Of a DNA stretch of 64,000 nt, positions 25,790-37,268 are shown one piece after another. Position 1 is the first letter of the stretch; the number at the start of each line of letters is the position of its first letter. Below the pieces are notes generated by a model, which did not search any database, was not told the origin of the DNA, and saw only the letters and a list, made by a program, of their open reading frames with translations. Made by a program: the position numbers and the translations under genes. The DNA is from Octopus sinensis (lineage: Eukaryota): positions 46,872,001-46,936,000 of the forward strand of contig NC_043010.1 of the NCBI RefSeq assembly GCF_006345805.1, written 5' to 3'.

Positions 25790-25850
25790 GGATACAGAAA
25801 AAACAAGGAGAGAAAAAAATGTGTGTAGTGGCTAACAATCATGGCGACTG

Positions 25851-25881
<31 letters not shown>

Positions 25882-26364
25882 AACATATAATGGTCTTCTT
25901 TCAGTTTCTGTCTACCAAATCCATTCACAAGAATTTGGTCAACTGACGTACTGCGCAGTAGGAGTGGACTTGAAACTACGTATATGGTCAGGAAGTAAGT
26001 TTCTGAATTACATGGGGATAGTTTATAAAATATATTTGGAGTTTAAGATGAGAAGAAAAAGGAATGATATAAGAAGAACAAAAGAAAGAACCAGAAATAA
26101 ACAAAAGAGGAAAAGAGAGAGAGAGCAAACATGAGCAAGAAAGAAGAAACAATGTAGAAAGGAATAGAAAGGAATGAGAGAGAGAATTTGTGACTTGAAT
26201 TAGAAATAATTCTGTATTACAATTAGGTACAAGCATTTACAGATTTTATAAGATTTTGAGGTAAAATATTTGAAAGACAAATGTTGGCCTCATATAGCAT
26301 CATAATTGATCTGATCTACCAAAACTAAACCAAAAATGCAATATGGATTAGTGAAGGATCTTAC

Positions 26365-26631
26365 ATGTTGACATATCTTGAATAATTGTGGATGCATCTG
26401 AATAGGGTAAAGGAAGATCGTCTTTGTTTGGAGTCGACGTTTGCTTAGACTCAGTCTTCCCCACTTTTTTGTTCTCTTTGAGTCGAGTGAAACTGTAATT
26501 GGATTCTTCTCTGCTGTTCTTTCTAGTTGATTGTTACAGTTGTTGTTACTATTTCCTGACAGCACACTGAGTTCTTCAGATGACACACTATTTGTTTCAG
26601 TCAGAGTCATATTATGACCACTTTTGGATTC
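26365..26631 (-). CDS. HAUS8: HAUS8-like exon, frame-broken as assembled (ESKSGHNMTL... then ...KTESKQTSTPNKDDLPLPYSDASTIIQDMST)
   Basis: Acceptor ttctttcag|, donor T|gtaaga. It is 267 nt but needs 3n+1 to link a phase 0 entry to the phase 1 entry of the next exon; the 5' part is open only in one frame and the 3' part must be read in the -1 frame. Confidence 0.68.
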
Positions 26632-27648
26632 CTGAAAGAAAAAAAAAACACCCAGTTACTTATTAAAAAAATGACGTAAGCATTAATTAAAATTTTATAA
26701 AGGAGATATATCGATCCTATGCTTTTAAAATTATTTCATTCATTCTAGAAGGATGAAGGGCAAATATTTAACTCATTGGCATTTAATCTGGCCCAAATGT
26801 TCTACTCGTTTTATGTTAAAGATGACCAGATTGAACAGCTTACATTTATGTCAACATGCTGGTATTGGACAGGTATGCTATCAGCAAATCCTTATTAATC
26901 TCAATCCAATATCATTTATTTTGTGAGGCCCAATATCTTGAGATCTGCCCTCACTACTTCCATACACCATCTACTATGGGCATCCCCCACTTGGTATCTT
27001 TCATTCAGCATTCATCCATTTAAACCACAAGTCTGTTCTGGTATGGTTTCTATGGATGGATGCCCTTCCTAACATCAACCACTCCACAGAGTGTATTAGG
27101 TTCTTTTAATGCAACATCAATACCAGTATCAATTCTGCTGCAGTTGACAGATCTTCTTGAGTATAGCAATGTGCCAGATATCTTGGTTCTTAGTCACCTC
27201 CTTCATAAGGCTCAGTGTCTTGAGATCAGCATTCAACACTGTTTCATGTCTTCCTGGGTCTCCCTCTTCTACAAGTTCCATCCATTTTAAGTGATCAGCA
27301 CTTCTGTATATAACTGTCTACATCCATATCAGCTGATGCCTTAAATGCTTGAGTACTCTTTAAGTTTACATGTGATGTGAAACAGTTGAATGCTTTCCAT
27401 TCAACATTGTAAGTCACTTACTTCCCCCCAACTTTCCCATGGTTCACACAGATGCAATATCACACTCCTCACACCTACTTCATTGCCTGATTTTTTTTTT
27501 CTTTAAAGAAATATCCACATGGGGCACCAGAGTAGAATAGTGCTATACCGTAGCAAACAGTCTCCACACAGTATGCTTTTTTTGCACAGATATGTTTTGT
27601 AACAGTCTTTTCGAAAAAGAAAGAAAGGTGAAAAAAAAAAAAACATGC

Positions 27649-27716
27649 CTTCTTTGTAGGTGTTCGAGTTCTGAAATTCTGAGCAGACTGCATGTATCGT
27701 GATGGAATGACTCTTC
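27649..27716 (-). CDS. HAUS8: HAUS8-like exon with the conserved (G)RVIPSRYMQSA motif
   Basis: Acceptor ttctgctttcag|; peptide resembles human HAUS8 GRVIESRYLQ; ends AAG|gcatgt (GC donor), phase 0. Confidence 0.75.
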
Positions 27717-27854
27717 CTGAAAGCAGAAAACTTTTTTAAAACATATTCTAGTACTTAAACACATAATGGATGTATAAACGAAGGCATACACAATTATAAA
27801 TATATCTTTTGGTAAATAATAATTATAAGCTTATACTTATAATTACTAGCATAC

Positions 27855-27946
27855 CCATGACCCCCACAAAAATGCTGACAGTTTTATTAATGATAGAAAA
27901 TGACACATCAACACAATGGAGAAAACTATTAATAATTGTCAGCAAT
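27855..27946 (-). CDS. HAUS8: Candidate cassette exon (LLTIINSFLHCVDVSFSIINKTVSIFVGVM)
   Basis: Acceptor atatttacag|, donor GG|gtatgc; 92 nt; its only open frame bridges phase 2 to 1 as needed. The hydrophobic peptide is atypical, so a tandem acceptor is an alternative. Confidence 0.38.
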
Positions 27947-28676
27947 CTGTAAATATATGAACTACACAGAATTGAAGCACTTGGAGAATAAGATGTAACA
28001 TCTTAGATGAAAATATTACCCACATAATGAAATTTTAATGCCTCATCAATGAACTATCTCTTTCCCAGTATTTTTATCTCTTTTATAAAACAACACACTG
28101 CAACAAAGATAACACATCTCTGGTAGCTTTAATTTTATTTTTTATTCTGCACTATTAACAGACTGTGTAGGGCAGCTTTTCCTAATTTTTAAAACATTAA
28201 ATAGTTAAATGATATTTCTTTCTGAATCCATGATGAGCTGTCAGTTAAATAGCATATTTTCTTAAAGGTCAATTTGAACTTTGCCCCCCAATTTATCAAA
28301 TTACTTAGTCATAATGGAGAGCAATGTGTAATTGCTAAGTGAACAGAACTAGCAAGAATTATGGGTTTTACTATGAACATAGCATAATATAATGACAGTA
28401 ATGGGATATAAACTGTTAGCCCTTGTTATTCAGAAGAGCAAAATTAAATCAGTGTTTCCTAACCTATTTTTCCCCAAGGCTCCACTACAACTTTCCAGAA
28501 AAATGTATACCCCGCCAGTGATTGGAAAAAAAAGCCAACTTTATTTTTAATATTTTATCACAATTCTTTGATACAAAAGAATCTACTGGTAACTTTTATT
28601 AAGTGCTGGCTTATATACTTTCCTTAATGAAATATCCACATTAGGGCATTAGGATAGAGCTATACTGTAGCAGTAT

Positions 28677-28970
28677 TCACACAGTATGCTTGGCTGAGTA
28701 TAGGTGTAGTATGTTTGCATACTCTAAGGTGACATCGAGCCTCTGGAGACCTTCCTTAATCACATCCAACCACCTGGGACAGGGTCTGCCTTGGGGCTGC
28801 TTCCAGCCTGCAGCTGCTGTGTCAAATAGGAACAAGGGCATGATAGCATGATCTGATCTGATGGGAGGTGGAGGACATGTCCTTACCAACATGTGGTGGG
28901 AGGCTGCATGCTGATGCATGCGTGCACACAGCTCTTCATTGGAAATGTGATGGTACATCACGTTTCCACT
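28677..28970 (-). mobile_element. RTE-like LINE C-terminal relic
   Basis: GWKQPQGRPCPRWLDVIKEGLQRL. Confidence 0.65.
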
Positions 28971-29324
28971 TGATAGTAGACATTATAAACCCCAGTTTGA
29001 AATTTAAAAGATAAAGACACAGATAAGAATAATATCATATATCTATGAATTAACAGGTGACAGGAGCCTTTATACTAATGCTGCTGTCTTTTTCAGTTTC
29101 AAATTACTGTCTTATATAATTTACATTAAAATCTTAGTTAATTTATAATGAAATTACTTGGCCTAAACCAATGAAGATAGCAAATAACAGCTAAAGTAGA
29201 ATGAAAGCCTACCTTTCTTTTGAGGTTTTGATGATGATTTTGCACTGAAAAAAATAAAGTGAACAAAGTCAATATAGAAATAGCACCATTTCAAAAGCAA
29301 CTTTTTAAACCCCAGGCTTTCTTC

Positions 29325-29695
29325 TCTGAATCTCCGGCCCTTCCTTTCGGTGCTTCTACAATGGCACTTAAGGTGGTTTGATCATGCAGCCCGGCGTCCA
29401 GAGGGTGAGCTGATTCGCGATGTCCCCCTCCCACCTCCACTTCCCAACTGGCACAAACGCATGGGTGGGCAGCTGAAGACCTGGGCAACGACGATAAAGG
29501 AGGACCTTTCTGAACTCTCAGGTCCGCAAGTGGTCGGTCTGTGCAGATGGAACCGTGAATGGCTCACTATCTCCAGTGACCTCGCACAGGACTGTCGAGC
29601 GTGGGCAGCTATGGTTCGTGATGCCAACAGGACCAGAGAAGAAGCTGGTTCAACCCACCCTGGGTGAATGCCATCACAAGTACAAGTAAGTAAGG
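29325..29695 (+). mobile_element. RTE-clade LINE 3' end (second subfamily)
   Basis: HLRWFDHAARRPEGELIRD…GGQLKTWATTIKEDL…AQDCRAWAAMVRD; ends caagtacaagtaagtaag. Confidence 0.8.
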
Positions 29696-30978
29696 CTTTC
29701 TTTCAAATTTTAATTTTTTTGTCTCAATGTGAATGAAATGGGTTGTGCTCATGCCCCACACAGGTCCTCTGAGACTTGAGATTGATGCAATTAATATGCT
29801 TCCAAAGCAGCTGTGGGTTGACAGCTGCATGTAAAACATGTGCAAGGAGAGAATTCCAGAGAGCCAACAAATTGAATGCAAAGTTCTGGGTATAGAGGTT
29901 AGTGTAAGATTGTTGGGCACAATATGATGGGAAAGATAAATTGAAAGTGCCCAAATAGAAGTGGCACAAGACCAGCCAGCTCAGAGCAGAAGCCAATGTA
30001 GTAGCTGTTGGAAAGGCAGAGAAAGGAGACAGCGTGTCTAAGGTGAGACTGTATTGATGAGTATCTTCGTGCTAAACAGTCAAGCGGCCTTTATATGTGA
30101 TTTAGGTCATCAGCATTGTTCAAGATGTGAGAATAATTCTCTATTGTAGGTTTCACCTGAAACTTGCAGAGGGCCAGTAATTGTTAGGGACTAAAGAATT
30201 TTCTGGTTCTAAATAAGGCCAAACATTTGTAGCAACCTTGAGGGCTTCTGACTGTATGAAACCCTTGAAGATTTCATATAACCAGAAATGTAAAGGTATA
30301 ATATTTTCTTGATACATATAATTAATATGTCCTTGTGCTATTGAAGGAGACAAGATTAGTGCAACGGCAACAGAAGATTTTTTGAAGTCCCTGTTTATAG
30401 AGTCAGTGTTGATTCAGCATAAAGTAACTAGATCATATATCAATGATGCTTGGCTGCACAAGGTGAGGGAAGAATGCTTTCTCTCCTTCTGGAGGCATTA
30501 CTGGAGGTGATTAGAAGCTTGTTGATATATAAGATGAAGAGTGAGCTGGCAGAAACGTTAGCACGCCGGGCGAAATGCGTAGTCATATTTTGTCTGCCGT
30601 TACGTTCTGATTTCAAATTCCACCAAGGTCAACTTTGCCTTTCATCCTTTCGGCGTCGATAAATAAAGTACCAGTTACGCACTGGGGTCGATGTAATCGA
30701 CTTAATACCTATGTCTGTCCTTGTTTGTCCCCCACTATGTTTAGCCCCTTGTGGGCAGTAAAGAAATATATATAAGATGAAGAGTGGGAGAGACAAAACT
30801 GAACATTGAGCTACCCGAGTTTATTGGTCACAGAGAACTCTAGCAGTATACACAGCATGATGATATAGTCCAACAGGAAGCAATCAATCCATGAAACAAG
30901 ACAGATGAAACCCATAGGTAAGCAGTTTTGCAAGTTATAAGACAGCGTTTGAAAAAAATCAAAAAAAAATCAACATAC

Positions 30979-31054
30979 CCTTTTGGTTCATAATCTTTAT
31001 CAGGTTTAACAAAGCTATTATTTTCTATACTGGTATTCTTTTGTTTCAAATTAA
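30979..31054 (-). CDS. HAUS8: HAUS8-like coding exon 4 (VNLKQKNTSIENNSFVKPDKDYEPKG)
   Basis: Acceptor tcttttcag|, donor GG|gtatgt; 76 nt; only one frame open; phase 1 to 2. Confidence 0.68.
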
Positions 31055-32209
31055 CTGAAAAGAGAATAACACATGTCATATTCACATTTAGAGTTATCTA
31101 ATTTAATACAGTTAAGAAAAGGTAGTAGAAGAATCAACATCATTTTTTTTTCTCTCTCTCTAGGAAATACCAAAATTCTTGATTGTTACTCATGTTGTAA
31201 GTGATTTACAGTATGTAATTGTCTGCATGATGTGTTTGTACATGTTTAATGTATTTGAAGTTTTGTGTTATTACAAATAAAAACTTTATAAGTTAACATG
31301 GTCAAATCTATAGAGTAAAAATTTGCAAATTACTAAATAAATTTAAGAAATAGATTGATTCAAAAACTGAAGTAATTTTTCAACATTTCCTGCCCACCAG
31401 CTACTTGGTAGAGTGCAAATTAACTGCCATAAATAGAATGCTTGTTGCTATCTTTTATACAATTCAATTGGACCTAGAAAGTGTCACTTTAGTATGCATA
31501 TTTTAAGGAAATAAAATGTGACTTTAGTATGCCTATTTTAAAGAATTAAAAAGCTTAGCATATCAATCTGTTGCAGTTATTGCCAACAACTACAAACCAG
31601 ACCTGAAAATAGACAACCTAATCAAGTACTAATCTCATATTCTGAACTTTTGGAGTTTGAAGCATCCGAATTATAATCCACTGGAAGCAACAACTCACCA
31701 TTGTTTTAACATCCACTTTTCTGTGATTGCATGGGTCAGACAGAATGCATTGAGGCAGATTTTCTTCAGCTGGATGCCCTACCTATCATCAAGCAAGATA
31801 GTATTCTCTCGTAGCCAGACACATTTTCACAGATTGGAAATCAATTACATCGCTTGTATGATGGTGATGCTCATTTACAATGATCATGTGATGCCAAGAG
31901 AAGGAGAGACAAAGATCGCCATCTCAGTATACATAAACACAAATAGAATTTCTTTCTGTTTCCATCAACAAAATTCACTTATCAGGCTTTGGTCAGCTTT
32001 GGGTTATAGCAGAGGACACTTGCTTTCGTTACTATGCAGTAAGACTGAACCTGAAACCATGTGGTCGGGAAGCAAACCTCTTAACCACACAGCCTGCATC
32101 TTCATTTACAATAATTTGTTTGAGATTTAACAAAGAAACTAATAAGATATAATAAAAAACACCAAAGTGAAACCAAAGACATTACAAGAAATATGAAATA
32201 CTAACTTAC

Positions 32210-32256
32210 CTTTAAATTGTGGCGATATAACATCCACTAAAATATTTGGTATATTC
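32210..32256 (-). CDS. HAUS8: HAUS8-like coding exon 3 (NIPNILVDVISPQFK)
   Basis: Acceptor ttttcag|, donor AAG|gtaagt; 47 nt, phase 2 to 1, compatible with both neighbours. Confidence 0.68.
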
Positions 32257-32714
32257 CTGAAAAGTTCATTAAAGAGAAAAAAACAAGCATTATAATTACT
32301 TCAATTTACTGATAATATAGACAAAGGGATTATTTTACAACTAATCAATGATTTTAAATGACATTGTGATACAAAAAATAAAAATTTTTTAATCAAGAAT
32401 TTAATATTTTAAAATAAATGATTTTCTTTCTACAAAAGTGAAAAGGAACCCAGAACTACCAAAAATTGGATGAGCTAATGAGACAGCCTTTACATCAAGG
32501 ATGAACAGCTTTTTGTAGAGGCCAACTTTTTTCACATTTGTCCAAGATCTGAATGTGTATTAATAGTTGACATTAAAAAATAACCTGCATACACTTGCCA
32601 TTTTCATCACTGGAAATGTTTAGGTCAGTGTTTCTCAACCATGTTTTCCTTATGGACCCCTTTGATTCCTATTTTATTTGGATGGACCCTCCTAGCCATT
32701 CAATGATCAGGAAA

Positions 32715-33498
32715 TTACATTCATCATCATCATATCATCATATCATTTAGCGTCCGTTTTTCATGCTAGCATGGGTGGACGGTTCTACTGGGGTCTGTGA
32801 AGCCAGAAGGCTTCATCAGGCCCAGTCAAATCTGCAGTGTTCAAGGCTGGATGCCCTTCCTAACGCAAACCACTCCGTGAGGGTAGTGGGTGCTTTTACG
32901 TGCCACCCGCACTGGTGCCAGACAGAGCTGGCAAACGGCACGAACGGATGTTGCATTTTATGTGCCACCGGCACGAGGGCCAGGAGAGGCTGCAACGGAC
33001 CCGAAACGGGGGCGGGCTGGCAACGGTCGCGAAACGGAAAGTTCTCTTACTGCCACCGGCACTGGTAACACATCTGCAATTTCCATTGATCGATTTCGAT
33101 TCTGATCCTCACTTGCCTCAATGGGTTTCACAAGCAGAGTTTCGACATGCCACGGCAATGGTAGCACATCCGCAATTTCCATTGATCTTCGATTCTGATC
33201 CTCACTTGCCTCAACACGTCTTCACAAGTAGATTTGTGTCCCAAGAAGGGAAGGTCTGCATACGTAGGCTGGCTCCATCCCATGTAGAATGGCCACGGGT
33301 TGTGGACTCACTTGTCCTGCGAGGATTCTCGCGCCACAGCACACTTCCAGAGGTCTCGGTCTCTAGTCATTTCCTCAGTGAGACCTAAAGTTCGAAGGTC
33401 GTGCTTCACCACCTCGTCCCAGGTTTTATGGTCTGCCTCTTCCACAGGTTCCCTCAACCGCTAGGGTGTGGCACTTTTCCACCAACTATCTTCATCCA
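32715..33498 (-). mobile_element. 5'-truncated RTE LINE: ORF end plus full 3' UTR with tandem array
   Basis: RT C-terminal sequence at ~33330-33498 continues into array units and a (GAT)n tail. Confidence 0.8.
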
Positions 33499-34469
33499 TT
33501 ACATTACATTTTTATAATTAAATATCATTATGAATTGTATTAAAAAATTGTTAAAATATTTTTGTGTGGTAAGAAACTTGCTTCCCAACCACATGATTCT
33601 GGGTTCAGTCCTACTGTGTGGCACCTTGGTTAAGTATCCTACAATAGCCTTGAGCTGACCAAAGCCTTGTGAGTTGATTTGGTAGTCAGTAACTGAAAAA
33701 GGCCCATTGAGTATGTATGTATGTGTGTGTGCATGTATCCTTGTGTCTGTGTCTGCCCCCCTCCCCCCATCACTGCTTGACAAATGACTGAAACAAGAAT
33801 AGGAGTATTGTAGAAATGTAACCAGTTTATTGTACATAAATTTTAACAACTAAAGCTTACATGGATCCCAGTAAAGAATAATAAAATAAAATCTGCCAGC
33901 AACACCACTGACAATATGTTTGTATAGTGTAGTTGTAGTTAAAGAATTCACTTTGCAATGGCTGATTTGAGATCAATTCCACTATGCAACACTCCCTCTC
34001 TCTCTCTTTCGGAGAGGCACAAGCACCTACACGCACATATACACACACGGCAGTAACTTCCGCCTGCCGAATTCAATCACAAAGCTTCGGTCAGCTCGGG
34101 GCTATAGCAGAAGACACCTACCCAAAGTGCCACGCAGTGGGACTGAACCCGAAAACATGTAGCTAGAAAGCAAGCTCCCTAACCACACAGCCATATATGA
34201 TAAATTCAATAGATAATTATATCCATATGTACATGAACATCATAGTACAATAGCAGAGACAAAAACTTGGCAGTAAATCTTAGTGACTTTTAAAGAAGGG
34301 GAGATAATTTCAAGACCATTTCTATGGTTGGGGAAAAATCTGAGATTTGATAGCAGACCAGGTGACAGTTAAGGACATGATCATTGGGTGGCTATGGTAA
34401 CAAAACTGAAACGGTCTTGGAAAGAAATAACTGATGATGACTGGCCTCCGTGCTGTGGGCACGTAACAA

Positions 34470-34825
34470 ACACCATCCGATCGTGGCCGTTCGCCAGCCT
34501 CGTCTGGCACCTGTGTCGGTGGCACATAAAAAACACCATCCGAGCGTTGCCGTCTGCCAGCCTCGTCTGGCACCTGTGTCGGTGGCACATAAAAAACACC
34601 ATCCGAGCGTGGCCGTTCGCCAGCCTCGTCTGGCACCTGTGTCGGTGGCACATAAAATCACCCACTACACTCTCGGAGTGGTTGGCGTTAGGAAGGGCAT
34701 CCAGCTGTAGAAACACTACCAGATCTGACTGGCCTGGTGCAGCCTTCGGGCTCCCCAGACCCCAGTTGAACCGTCCAACCCATGCTAGCATGGAAAGCGG
34801 ACGTTAAACGATGATGATGATGATG
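34470..34825 (+). mobile_element. RTE-LINE 3' UTR with three near-identical ~62-bp units
   Basis: CCAGCCTCGTCTGGCACCTGTGTCGGTGGCACATAAAA repeated three times; (GAT)n tail. Confidence 0.85.
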
Positions 34826-35687
34826 AAAACATGAACACACCACTACTGGACAGTAAACTCCAGAGAATGGAATGTAAGCACAATCCACAATCACCCATCA
34901 GGAAAAGTGATACTGACAGTTGATTTTGCACTTGGAATGATCCATACTGGAGCATTATCAGAGTACTAATTTTAGCAACCTGCAATTTGAAGCAAACACT
35001 GAAGACTACTGTCAAAGGCATTGTGTTGTATGATAATACCGATCCCCATGTTACAGTTTGATCATTTTGCTGAAATCTACTAGAAACCAAAATTTAAAGC
35101 ATTGGAACCATCTTTTACACAGTCCTGATCTTGCTCCTTCAAGGTGATCACCAGTTTGCTCCACTCAAAGCCTCAAGAGGCCATCTATTTGCTAATTGAA
35201 ACTAGTAAAAGAATATAAAAACACCTGGAAATGGTTCAATTTAGAAATCAATAAAATTGAGAGACAAAAATTCAAATTCAAAATTATAAATCCCAGGGTC
35301 AAGTTGCTTGATTAAAGGCGGTGCTCCAGCATGGCAGCAGTCAAATGACTGAAACAAGTAAAAGAGTAAAGAGTATAGATTACCCATAAGTTACTCAATT
35401 TCAATCACACTATTTAAGTGGCAAGCTGGTAGAATCGTTAGCATGCCAGGCAAAATGCTTAGCAGCATTTTGAACACCAATGTTCTGAGTTCAAATTCTG
35501 CCAAGGTCAACTTTGACTTTCATCTTTCAGGGTCAATAAAATAGCTGCCAGTTGAGCATTGGAGATGATGTAATTGACTTATCCTGTACCTCAAAATAAC
35601 TGGCTTTACACCAAAATTTCAAACCTATTTTAAACACAATACATCAACAGAAGGACTTAAAAAACAAAAACAAAAAAAAGTACTCAC

Positions 35688-35884
35688 TGTTTTGTCATCA
35701 ACTTCTTCCTTAGCTTCTTGGTGGGAACTACTTTGGCAGGAGATTGTTCCACACAGCGAGTAATTTCCAATACAGAAAAATCTTTATCATTTGGAAAACC
35801 AGACTCACAGTTGGAAGTAGTTTCCAAATGAGAACTGACGTCAAAAATTTCAACTTTTCTGTTCTCTTTGGAAGAATCACAACC
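35688..35884 (-). CDS. HAUS8: HAUS8-like coding exon 2 (GCDSSKENRKVEIF...KKLRKKLMTK)
   Basis: Acceptor ttttatgtcaag|, donor |gtgagt; 197 nt, open, phase 0 to 2; lies in ORF 35684..35923. Confidence 0.68.
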
Positions 35885-36770
35885 CTTGACATAAAAATCA
35901 AAACAAAACAATAAAACAATCATTACATTAACAGTGTTTTAGCTTGTTAAATATCTTATCTCAAATAAAAATTAGCACATGCTATTAAAAATAGAAGTAT
36001 CAGTTGTTTTTTTAGCGGCTTACTTTGCAATCACATGGTTTGGGATTCAGTCCCACTGCACAGCACCTTGGGCAAATGTCTTCTACTATCATCCTATAGT
36101 AAATGACTTGTGAGTGAATTTGGTAGACAGAAACTGTGGAAGCCTGCTCTGTGTGTGAGTGTATGTGTGTATTTTATATATATATACTAGCATACCTGTG
36201 TCAGTAGTTTACTTAATGATAGAAAACGGCATATCAATACAATGGGGAAAACCATTAATAAATGGCATGGGTTTTATAGCTGGATGCCCTTCCTAACACC
36301 AACCACCTTACAGAGTGGACAGTGCTTTTTACGTGGCACCAGTGAAGTCTATTTTGGCATGGTTTTTACAACTGGATGCCCTTCCAAATGCCAACCTCTT
36401 TACAGTGTGGACTGAATGTTTTTTATGTGGCACCAGCACTGATGGTGTCACCAAGTAACTTGCAAGACAAAGATCCTTTGAGAGGTGGGACATTGGAGGA
36501 AGTGGCTTAGTGCTAGGTAATGAGAGGTTAGAGTGTGACAGAGGGACAGTTATTAAAACAAGAATTTTATTTAATTTATTTTGTTGTAAATTTATAATCT
36601 TAAAAAAAAAAATTTTTGTAATGTAAATGTAGATATTTTCCATTTCAGAAATTGTATCCAGGTTGCTTGTGTGTGATCCTAAAGCTAATGGAAAAAGATC
36701 TATACTTTCTCTGTTACTGTTAGTGGAAAAAGATTCCTACCAAAATCAAATAAAATAAACTTTTCTATAC

Positions 36771-36839
36771 CTGGTGTTCATCACAATCAGATAGATCCAG
36801 GTCCACAAGACGATGAGGGGACAAAAGAGTATTATCCAT
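36771..36839 (-). CDS. HAUS8: HAUS8-like gene, first coding exon (MDNTLLSPHRLVDLDLSDCDEHQ); the exon starts at 36852 with 13 nt before the ATG
   Basis: Strong acceptor (tttgtcttttag) and donor CAG|gtatag; 69 nt from ATG, ends phase 0, matching the next exon. Confidence 0.62.
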
Positions 36840-37038
36840 TCTACGTTCAGAACTAAAAGACAAAGAGAAAAGAAACAAATACAATGGCAATGCTTATAGA
36901 GACAATGGTAATTTATACTGTTTTGTGGTGTAATGGAATCAATGATTATCATCAGTTAAGACAGAACAAAACACTTAATAACAATGGCAATGTTTTTTTT
37001 TAATTTTTAGTGTATTAGGTATATTCTCTTTGTGTTAA

Positions 37039-37268
37039 ACCCTTTAGCATTCAGATTTATCTGTCAAATGTAAAGCCTGCTTAATTACATTGTTTTAAAT
37101 TAATTAATTGTACAGCATCTTGTAACTCTGAGATTTTGATGTTGTCCCTGTTTATTTTTAGAATGACTTTGTAGGGTAGGTGTGAGAGGTCAGAGCTTGG
37201 CTGGTTTGAGCATAAAACAGGAAGACAATTTTGGTCTGATATGGCCGGTTTAAGCACTAAAGGGTTAA
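37039..37268. mobile_element. piggyBac-like MITE
   Basis: CCCTTTAGCATT…CTAAAGGGTTAA termini; relatives at ~25165-25372, 38435-38985, 53698-53890, 58240-58623. Confidence 0.55.

Noticed and set aside
26484-26560. 68-nt mini-intron (GTCAGG…TTACAG) that would also restore the frame
   Set aside because: Poor donor, purine-rich with no pyrimidine tract, and the removed sequence reads like coding sequence. Kept only as an alternative to test.
30538-30640. tRNA genes (A/B boxes, here and in many similar copies)
   Set aside because: These are SINE heads with no cloverleaf or acceptor stem, followed by SINE body and tail.
34322-34807. Five overlapping repetitive ORFs
   Set aside because: Same RTE UTR array; frames are open on both strands with no codon preference.
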